Below are positions 54,974 to 64,000 of a DNA stretch of 64,000 bases, one piece after another (within the stretch, counting starts at the first letter, position 1; each line of letters starts with the position of its first letter). Under the pieces are notes generated by a model. That model saw only the letters and a list, made by a program, of their open reading frames with translations, made no database searches and was not told the origin of the DNA. The stretch lies in NCBI GenBank assembly GCA_002269645.1, contig NIVC01002260.1, forward strand, positions 1 through 64,000, in the 5' to 3' direction. The stretch is from Macrostomum lignano (Eukaryota). Both the position numbers and the translations under genes were made by a program.

Positions 54974-55599
54974 GTGCCTCAATTTTGCAATGTTTTTTGC
55001 ACTGAACCAAGCTGCAAGCAGAGAGTGTTGGGTGCCATCCCAGCCCGGGTGCGGGTCTATATTTCACTCTATCAGCTGCTCCGCAATTGACAGCCAATCC
55101 CAAATGGCCGGTTCCTGACAGACACCTCCATCAGCTGCAGCTGGCATGTTTGCTAGCAAATTTTGCTTGGCTTGAAGTGGATTGCTGATTGCTCGAGTTA
55201 ATAGTGTACTCGTAGTGATAGTGCTTTTAATATGCAAACTCATATGCCATCCTGCAACACTGGTCTGGGAGATGCTTTAATCCAGTTCTCGAGACAAGTG
55301 AACGCAATGACTGAGAATGAATGTTGCGCAAATACTGAGCTGTTTACACATCATTCTGAGAAATCTGGCGGAGACTTTCGATGGAATTCCCATTTGTCAG
55401 CTGGCACCTCGGTCGCATGCATTCAGCTCGCCAGTGAAGTATGAGACAGGCCAGGCCTATGGGCTAAGGTCTGCGATACTTCACGCCTGCCCCTATCTTC
55501 AGCAGGTTAAGGCTGATGGGAGGTCTGCACCCTCTATTTGCCGCTGGCAGCCGCAGACCCCCCCACGCTCTCTCGCATGTCGACCCAGGGTAATTCTGG

Positions 55600-58240
55600 T
55601 GCAACTCTGAAGAGAGCAGCCGCAGTCTACGCGAGCTTCTGCCAAAGCTGAACTGGCCGCTTTCGCATCTGGATCCCGGCCGGCAGTGCCATTAAGTCCG
55701 GAGATCGGCTTATGCAGATCCTGCTAAAGCTGCACCCTGACCTCGAGGTCAACAGGCTCCTACACCACGCCACTTCCCGCAAGGAGAAGGGGGCCACGGT
55801 GATCCTAGGGCTCTCCGACGCCTGGGCTAAGCGCTTCCCCCCTAAGTCTACCATCCACCTTGGTCTAACTCAGCTGACCATCCTCCGTTGCGAGGAGCGG
55901 AAAGCTGACGAAGCCAAGCATGCTGAGGCTCCTGAAACCGAAACTAGGGCCCAAGCTACTCCGGCAAAGAAGCTGAGGCAAACGGCTGATCCCAAGCCCG
56001 GTAAGGCAGTCAGCGCTGCTGAAACCGGCAATCGCAACCGCAGACCTGCCAGAAACACACGGAGGTCCGATCTGATCCAGCGCGCGTTGGACCTGGCCAA
56101 GAGCCTCCGGGCGTATCGTGAGCGGGCCCGCGCTTCTGCGCTTCACCCCAACAGCCAGAATGCCTGGCTGTCGGCGGGGAGGCGCTGACCGACTGTTTCG
56201 AGTCAGACTCACCAGGAATCTGGCGTCACCCGCATCAACCTGATCGACGAGGCAGAGGGGACGGGCAGTGACAGCACCGAAGCACGCAGGGGAGGCGACG
56301 GTAACGTCCACGCTAGGCTCACGCCCGCGGAGGACTCCACAGCCACCCTAACTGCCGAGGACGCTGAAACTCCCATGGAGGTTTGTGGGCCAACCACCTC
56401 TGAAAAGGAGGAGGATGACCTGCTCAACGATTCCCCAGCTGCGTGACAATGATCAGCAGCCAGGGAATCCACTGCTTGCAGATTAATCTGCAACACTGCG
56501 TCGCAGCTTCGGTCAACCTTATGCGTTACGCCGAGCTCGACACGCCGGGGCTCATCTCGTCCAGGAACTCTGGACCCTCAAAGGGTAAGTCTAAGAACGC
56601 CCCTGCCGGCTACAATTGTTTTTATACCTACCCTCGAGGCCAACCAGCCTCCCAGAGCTTGCATCTTTACGATTAAAATGCTCAGTGCGTGGCTCAGATC
56701 GGACCTGTCTAACAGGGACATCTGCGTCATCTAATCCGAGGACCTCCTTCCTGGGAAGACCACCCTCATAGCCTCGGTCTACCTACCAGGCGATGCTGCG
56801 GTCGTCCCCAGAGCCCTCGCTACGCTGCTCGAGCTCTGCTCTGCTAAAAACTACGAGCTTATGGTTGCCGGCGATATCAACGCCCACCATACTCACTGGG
56901 GCAGCACTGGCATCAATCAGAGAGGCGAAGACCTCCTAGCCTACGTTGCCCATACGACCCTCGAATTCTGCAACTCTGTGTCCACCCCTAAATTTGATAA
57001 CGGACGGTGGTCGGAGGTGATCGACGCCACACTCGGAACACCCAGGCTCTACCAGAGCATTGGGGCGTGGCGGGTGCTTTCAGCGTCCTCACTCTCCGAT
57101 CACAAGTTCATCTCCTTCAACCTGATGGCCGCGCGTAGCGCAACTCGTGTTACGTGGAGACCAGAACGCCAGAAACACTGATTGGGGAACCTTCGGGCTC
57201 GCCCTGAAGAAGTTCCATCGGTCTCCTGGCCAACCACCCACGATCACGTCATGCTACGAAGCGGATGACTTCGCGACTGTTCTAACAGAAACGCTAACCG
57301 CCGCCTTTGAGGCATCATGCCCTTTAAAAGCCTATAAAGGGAAAAAATCTGCGCCGTGGTGGAATCCCGATGTGATGAATACAGTATGCTATACGGCAAA
57401 TAAATTAGGCCCTAAACAAACCTATTTTTGGAGCGTTCAAAGATTTTAAACTATTGGCCCTATTGCCTATCGTCAGTCGGCGAGTTCTACCAATCTTTCT
57501 CCGATAGTTGCAGGTACGGTACAAGTAAAGAAGAAACACGGGTGAAACGATTCAAGCAGATTTAGAGCGTGATAATCCTAGTTTAAGAATGGCTGGCTAT
57601 GCTAGTAATTGACTTAGACGATTTAATTTAGTTACTTCAAATTGATTACAAGTTCTCAACGCAGTTCGCGACGCAGATAAATTTGAGCACGGATAACAAC
57701 GATAATAAATTAATTACGCAACTGGCGAGCGGATCTCAGCTTTGAAGAAGAAGAAGGAACCGAACACGGGACCACGGAGAAAGACTCCTAAACACTGGCC
57801 TAAACCCAGAACCTACTCTCAAACGAGAGCCCTGACGAATTGACGGTTCAGTGGAGCTCTGGCTAAGTTCTACCAGCGCTGCCCTTCAGTGCGACACTGA
57901 GGCCCTCGGGTCAAACTTTGTCAAATCCGCCAGTCTCTATCTAAACCGCGCTTGATAACGACGCCCTCAGGCAAGGTTGCCGTAGGCGTCACGTCACAAG
58001 ACCTTTTTTTGAGAAAAAAAAGTACATTGAAACGGGTGACCAAATAAGCAAAATAATAATTAACAATATGGAAACTAACTAATAAAATGCAAACTACACA
58101 AAAGATGCTCACACTACACCGAGCTCGGTAACCTCCGTCGCAGAGCTAAGAAACTCCACCGCAGAGCAACTAAAACTAAGAGCCCAGCGCAACAAACCGC
58201 CTACCATGAAGCAATCCATGAGTTTAAAAGTCGTATGGAC
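55600..58240 (+). mobile_element. Degenerate LOA/R1-like non-LTR retrotransposon fragment (ORF1 C-terminal part + APE endonuclease; RT absent)
   Basis: ORF1-like RIWIP...LHPDL...GATVILGL. APE motifs LQINLQHC, GDINAHHTHWGS, N.RGE.L, IDAT and SDH. Then NTDW...ASCP...KKSAPWWNP, continuing as ELGNLRRRAKKL after the inserted LTR. Confidence 0.85.
57371..58118 (+). mobile_element. 748-bp solo LTR (TG...CA) inserted in LINE ORF2
   Basis: 4-bp TSD CCGA at 57367-57370 and 58119-58122. Removing the insert and one TSD restores TGG TGG AAT CCC GAG CTC (WWNPEL). Internal AATAAA near 58081. Confidence 0.88.
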
Positions 58241-60708
58241 TCCAAATGAAAAGAATTCAGAAATTTGCAGTTGCCTAAAAATTGTATTTAAAAAGCGCCT
58301 TAGAAGTTGCTGGAAATGTAGTTTGTTTCAAGATCTTCGAAATTAATTTGGTTGCTTTTTAACCTAGTCCGTTATTAACTTCTAAATTGATTTGAAAAAA
58401 GTGCCGCTTCTATTTTAGGTGACTCTCCAGTTGATTGCGAACACAGAGAACCGCTCACATGCACCTGCTTCCAACTCTGCAGTTTCTTGCCTCTCTTGCC
58501 TCCCAGTCTAGCACTTGGCGTCCTCTCCCCTCCCTTTGTGGCTTCAGATCTCTTTAATGGTTTACCGTAAATTAAATATTAAAAGCATCTTCAGGCCTTG
58601 CGCTCGCCTAAAAAATGTAGCCCAAGCTCCAGTCTGCTCCCGGTTTACCTGTAGTTCTTCTTTGCGTCAGTTTTGGGACGCTAAAAATATTATTTCTGTT
58701 TGGACTAAAATTAGGACTACAAAAAAATGGCGACTGCAATTATCCCCAGCCTCTCCCGACTTCTCCCAACCCCGCCAAAGTTTCATGAGGTGGCGACCCT
58801 CTCACAATTTGCTGTCTGCATCCAAGCCAGCATTCTGTGGTTCTATCAATAGAATTTGGTTTAGCTAATGAAGCTGCATGAGAGGCCGCCCAGCTGCAGT
58901 GTTGAATTATTAAGATGTATTCAGAAAAAGCAGTTTTCTCAGCAAGGCTCCATCAAGTTTATACAACAAATTCATCAGCCTCCGGCAGAGCAACCACAAA
59001 GCAGCGCAGGCTCTTATGGCACCCCTGAAAGGGTTAGATGTTAGTAAGATGTTGTTAAATGCTGGTTTCTTATAAAGTTTTGCATCTACAAAATCAATAT
59101 TGCGTATGTGTACGTTTTGAAATGTATAAAAATCATAGAGAATATATTGTACGTATTTACAAGCAAAACATCACAAAAACGAATTCAGCAATAGAAAGCC
59201 TAAAATTGCTAATTTCAAAATCGCTAATTTTGTGCCAAAAGAATCAAAAGTCTTGCAACATCCGCAAACCTAGCCCACAAAATGCTTTCTAAGAAATGGT
59301 TTCCCTCCCTTGGCACAAGCATTCAAAGCTTTGCAGAGCGAAAGACCGAAATCAGAATGATCGAAAATTATATTGACCTACTTGACTTAGCTGCAGGGCT
59401 CCGGGCATCCCGATACAGCGGGGTGTTGAAAGCCCATTACGCTGACACCTGCCGACCACGGGCAGCTGGTTTCCTGGATTGTCGCTCGCCCGGTAGCCCT
59501 TGGGTAGCGGACGAGCTGACAGAAATTTTCGGGCCTGAAAACGTCGGATAGGTCCGGGTTTGGACCGAGATAGGTGAGCCTGTCCTGTCTGTCCGCATTC
59601 TCGACGCTGGAGAGGCAGAATCTTCGATATTCTAGATTCCCTAGAGGTGGCGCTGCCTGGCAAAACAGCCACTGCCTGAAAGGTCCGGATGTCCCTGCAG
59701 TTGGGTCCGGCAATCGGTGGCGTCAGCCCACCTCTTCCTGTGCTTGGATGCCACCCACTGGCTAATTCGAGTGTTGACAACGGCGGTGGGGTAAAAGAAC
59801 CGGTAAAAAACCAGTAAAAGACACGGTCGAGCCAACCATACGAGTATATAGAAACTTGATTGACCAAGCGTGCGACCAACGGTACAGATGCTGCAGTGCT
59901 GGGTGGTCGCAATTCCGCAACTTATATTTCTACCGCAGCTCAGAGCTCCCACCTTATCGCGGCAGGGTGAACTGCAGCTCAAGTTAGCTCGTAATTAGGG
60001 ATACCTTAAAGGTTGCGACGAAAGTTTTCAATTGCGGTACTAACCGGGATCAGTGGGGGCGTAGCGCGGCGCTCTGATGTGCTCGATTCCAAGTGCAGTC
60101 ACATTAAATTGGGACTAAATTAAAATCTCGACTTGGGTCTGCTCGCGCACTTATAGGACCCCCAAAGGCACAGAGAGGGTACGAAAGTCAGGGCCGCTGT
60201 ACATGTGCATGTACACCCTGTGTGAGTACGTATCCGCATGCGCTTGTGCGCCTGCTCAGGACCTCAGCAAATTGGCCAGTAATGCCTCTGGACGGTTGGT
60301 AGAAAGGAAATTTCCTAAATCCCAACAATAGAGGATGCCTTGAACAGAATTCGGAACTTGAAAAATTCACACAAAAAGGTATGATCCGCATTTTGATAAA
60401 AATGTACTCGAAAATACATCATACTTCACTAATCCAAGTGATTGATCGAGTGCAACTTCCACCACTTTCCACCAGCCGCGCACAATGTCCGCAGTTCATC
60501 TGGCAGACCCAGAATCACGCCAGGTGGAGGGATGGGCAGAGGAGGGAGGCAGGGTGGGAGAGGGAGGAAGCATTTTAGCGAGCAGAGCATGCAGAGATGA
60601 AAGCTTTGCTGCAGCTCAGGATGCCACCGGATGAGCAGAGTCCTGCGGGGCGGGAACCCTGTCGCAAGATTAGCAACGAAAAAAGTACGACCTGATTGAC
60701 GCTGCCAC

Positions 60709-61471
60709 CAGTAGCGCAACCAGAAATTTGTTGAGTGGGGGCGGATTCTGGAGGGTAAGGACCCAAGGGGGGGGCAGATTCTGGAGGGTAAGGACCCAAG
60801 GGGGGCGGATTCTGGAGGGTAAGGACCCCAGGGGGCGGATTCTGGAGGGTAAGGACCCAAGGGGGCGGATTCTGGAGGGTAAGGACCCAAGGGGGGCGGA
60901 TTCTGGAGGGTAGGGACCCAAGGGGCGGATTCTGGAGGGTAAGGACCCATGGGGGGCGGATTCTGGAGGGTAAGGACCCAAGGGGGGCGGATTCTGGAGG
61001 GTAAGGACCCAAGGGGGGGCGGATTCTGGAGGGTAGGGACCCAAGGGGCGGATTCTGGAGGGTAAGGACCCATGGGGGCGGATTCTGGAGGGTAAGGACC
61101 CAAGGGGGGGCGGATTCTGGAGGGTAAGGACCCAAGGGGGGCGGATTCTGGAGGGTAAGGACCCAAGGGGGGGGCGGATTCTGGAGGGTAAGGACCCAAG
61201 GGGGGCGGATTCTGGAGGGTAAGGACCCAAGGGGGGGGCGGATTCTGGAGGGTAGGGACCCAAGGGGCGGATTCTGGAGGGTAAGGACCTATGGGGGCGG
61301 ATTCTGGAGGGTAAGGACCCATGGGGCGGATTCTGGAGGGTAAGGACCCAAGGGCGGCTCTGCATTTTGGCGAAAATTCGCTTTGTCCCCCCTTTGATTT
61401 TCTTTTTGGTCTCCGCCTATAATGGGGGGGGGGGGCAAACTCCAACCGCCCCCCCCCTGGTTGCGCCACTG
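60709..61471. mobile_element. 763-bp non-autonomous hAT-like element (MITE) filled with a ~30-bp G-rich minisatellite
   Basis: TIRs CAGTAGCGCAACCAG / CAGTGGCGCAACCAG (1 mismatch in 15). 8-bp TSD GCTGCCAC at 60701-60708 and 61472-61479. Internal (GGCGGATTCTGGAGGGTAAGGACCCAAGGGGG)n at 60735-61350. Confidence 0.9.
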
Positions 61472-61756
61472 GCTGCCACCGAGCGAGATTAATTGCGCGA
61501 CCAATTCTCACATGGCTTCTCCACAGACCCACTTTTGGGGCATAGACAATGAAGAACGAGTCTTCAGTAGCTGGACTCTCCCGCTGAGGACCTTGATTCA
61601 ACTCAGAACATATTTCTTTAAATATTCTAAATATTTCAATCTTTACACATCTTTTACTCATTTTAGAAATACCCTCTGCCAGCTACTGCCAGTAGTTGTA
61701 ACGGCATGCCCGCAGTAGTTTCTGCCCTACCCCCGTTTCGGTCGCGGAAGCGGGCA

Positions 61757-62602
61757 TGAGTCAGAGCCGGCGGGCTGCCCCCGATAAATGCCCCCCCCCC
61801 CCGGAAAAGAGGCCCAGCCCGATATTGAAGCCAGCGAATGCCTGCCTGCCAACAGCTCTGCTGCTGAGGCTGGAGCTAAGGGGAATTCGCTACCGCCTTT
61901 ATGGGTTGCGCGCGCGTTGCTGTTGGCTTGCGCGATTTGTGAACCCCCGGCAGGAACTGCGCGCAAAGTGCGCGAGCCGTCAGCAGATGAGTCACCCATG
62001 CGCTGCCTTCGCAGTCGGGCGCGTTGCGTTCGGTTTAGCGCAAAATTTCGCACTGCCTGCGGAAAAGTTTTTACTCCGATGACGTATGATTGGCCTCCAT
62101 TCCGGTCAAACGGAACTGCAAGATGTGCTGCCTAAAGTAAATAATTGCTGTGCTGGTTGACAGAACCGCTGCCAATGCAAAACAATGCCAAGGAAGTTTC
62201 CTTTTTAACCTTTTTGAACATCTTGTTGAGTGTCAATTCTCTCCTAGCGTTCGTGTGCTTAGACACTGGACTTCGAACTCAGAACTAAGGGGGGGGGGGC
62301 ATCGAATGCTTCAGCATCAGTGAGGTATTCGAGACATTCCAGCTTCATTTTATGCTCGAAAGTCGCAAAGGAGAAGGACATCGAGTGACGTCCCGACAGG
62401 CTGCAAAATCAATTTCTAAGAACAGGTTTGTGCATGTTGCGATGGAGTTTCTTCTCGTGCTGCCATATCGCGTGACGGCCGGGACTGGCGGCATGAGTCA
62501 CCGCATGGCCGCAGTTTTCTGCATGCTTCGCGGTTTAAAAAATCAGCGCTTCGGCGCAATAAAAAACTGCCGTGTTGCGCAACCCGACGCGATCGTGACT
62601 CA
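61757..62602. promoter_or_regulatory. Cluster of four consensus AP-1 sites (TGASTCA), candidate enhancer
   Basis: Sites at 61757, 61988, 62494 and 62596 in non-coding GC-rich DNA. Confidence 0.35.
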
Positions 62603-62934
62603 GCCGCGCGTGGCCAGGGCCGAGGCGTCGCTTCTGCATCAAGCTTCATCCCCAAGTCATTGTCCGAATTCCTCTACAACTGGCCGTTTCACTTCGATGA
62701 GGAATTTCCTGCTGCAGCACTTGCCGCTCATCCGTCATTCAGATTTGGCATCGGCGGCATTGCGGCAGAGCTGAACTGACTCGCCAACTGACTGCGGAGG
62801 CTGCCGTTTGTTGGCCGATCTGGGAATTCCGGATATCGGGTGGCCATCCGGCCATCCGAAATGATCGAAATGGAATTCCGAAACAGGGGATGTCATAAAT
62901 TTTTTTGAGGCCATAGCTTTTCTGTGCGATCATA

Positions 62935-64000
62935 GCCATTCTGTGTGGTCATAGTCATTCTGTGTGGTCATAGTCATTCTGTGTGGTCATAGTCATTCTG
63001 TGTGGTCATAGTCATTCTGTGTGGTCATAGTCATTCTGTGTGGTCATAGTCATTCTGTGTGGTCATAGTCATTCTGTGTGGTCATAGTCATTCTGTAGGG
63101 TCATAGTCATTCTGTGTGGTCATAGTCATTCTGTGTGGTCATAGTCATTCTGCGTGGTCATAGTCATTCTGTGTGGTCATAGTCATTCTGTGTGGTCATA
63201 GTCATTCTGTGTGGTCATAGTCATTCTGTGTGGTCATAGTCATTCTGTGTGGTCATAGTCATTCTGTAGGGTCATAGTCATTCTGTGTGGTCATAGTCAT
63301 TCTGTGTGGTCATAGTCATTCTGTAGGGTCATAGTCATTCTGTGTGGTCATAGTCATTCTGTGTGGTCATAGTCATTCTGTGTGGTCATAGTCATTCTGT
63401 GTGGTCATAGTCATTCTGTGTGGTCATAGTCATTCTGTGTGGTCATAGTCATTCTGTGTGGTCATAGTCATTCTGTAGGGTCATAGTCATTCTGTGTGGT
63501 CATAGTCATTCTGTGGGTCATAGTCATTCTGCGTGGTCATAGTCATTCTGTGTGGTCATAGTCATTCTGTGTGGTCATAGTCATTCTGTGTGGTCATAGT
63601 CATTCTGTGTGGTCATAGTCATTCTGTGTGGTCATAGTCATTCTGTAGGGTCATAGTCATTCTGTGTGGTCATAGTCATTCTGTGTGGTCATAGTCATTC
63701 TGTAGGGTCATAGTCATTCTGTGTGGTCATAGTCATTCTGTGTGGTCATAGTCATTCTGTGTGGTCATAGTCATTCTGTGTGGTCATAGTCATTCTGTGT
63801 GGTCATAGTCATTCTGTGTGGTCATAGTCATTCTGTGTGGTCATAGTCATTCTGTGTGGTCATAGTCATTCTGTGTGGTCATAGTCATTCTGTAGGGTCA
63901 TAGTCATTCTGTGTGGTCATAGTCATTCTGTGTGGTCATAGTCATTCTGTGTGGTCATAGTCATTCTGTGTGGTCATAGTCATTCTGTGTGGTCATAGCT
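62935..64000. repeat. 19-bp satellite (TAGTCATTCTGTGTGGTCA)n, ~55 copies, runs to the window end
   Basis: Period 19 (62941, 62960 and onward). Confidence 0.97.

Noticed and set aside
57830-57870. CTGACGA core suggesting a hammerhead ribozyme (other CTGATGA hits were also checked)
   Set aside because: No stem II followed by GAAA, and no compatible stems I/III
58450-60450. Possible exons or retroelement 5' region
   Set aside because: No consistent frame, recognisable motif or terminal structure could be established
60429-61661. Pro-rich 410-aa ORF and overlapping ORFs
   Set aside because: Translation of the minisatellite inside the hAT-like MITE

Overview
Eukaryotic, animal-type genomic DNA: GC3-rich coding exons, short GT-AG introns and dense micro/minisatellites. 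The style suggests a free-living flatworm such as Macrostomum (inference, not verified). Gene content: (1) a tandem family of 3 intact-looking plus 1 frameshifted adaptor-like genes at 1-4608, sharing a ~75-aa helical N-terminal domain, Tyr/Pro motifs and a short C-terminal RHIM/amyloid-like motif; (2) an intronless class A GPCR; (3) a 4-exon gene fusing N-terminal ankyrin repeats to a NEK-like Ser/Thr kinase, which the ORF track shows as separate ORFs; (4) five intronless, highly divergent POT/PTR2 (SLC15-like) transporter paralogs that have lost the ExxER and Lys motifs and carry acidic-dileucine tails; (5) a 6-exon, divergent type II pantothenate-kinase-like gene; (6) a 5-exon orphan gene with possible degenerate RRM-like repeats; (7) a secreted SUEL/rhamnose-binding lectin. 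Mobile elements: a Gypsy and a Copia element, each with paired LTRs and a TSD and each internally deleted for RT/RNase H while keeping gag and integrase; a LOA/R1-like LINE fragment split by a 748-bp solo LTR; a P-like MITE; a hAT-like MITE. There is also an AT-rich, CpG-depleted island with repeated TAGGCCTA. Many single-base frameshifts fall in homopolymers and may be assembly errors. All homology calls are by-eye motif recognition; no searches were run.
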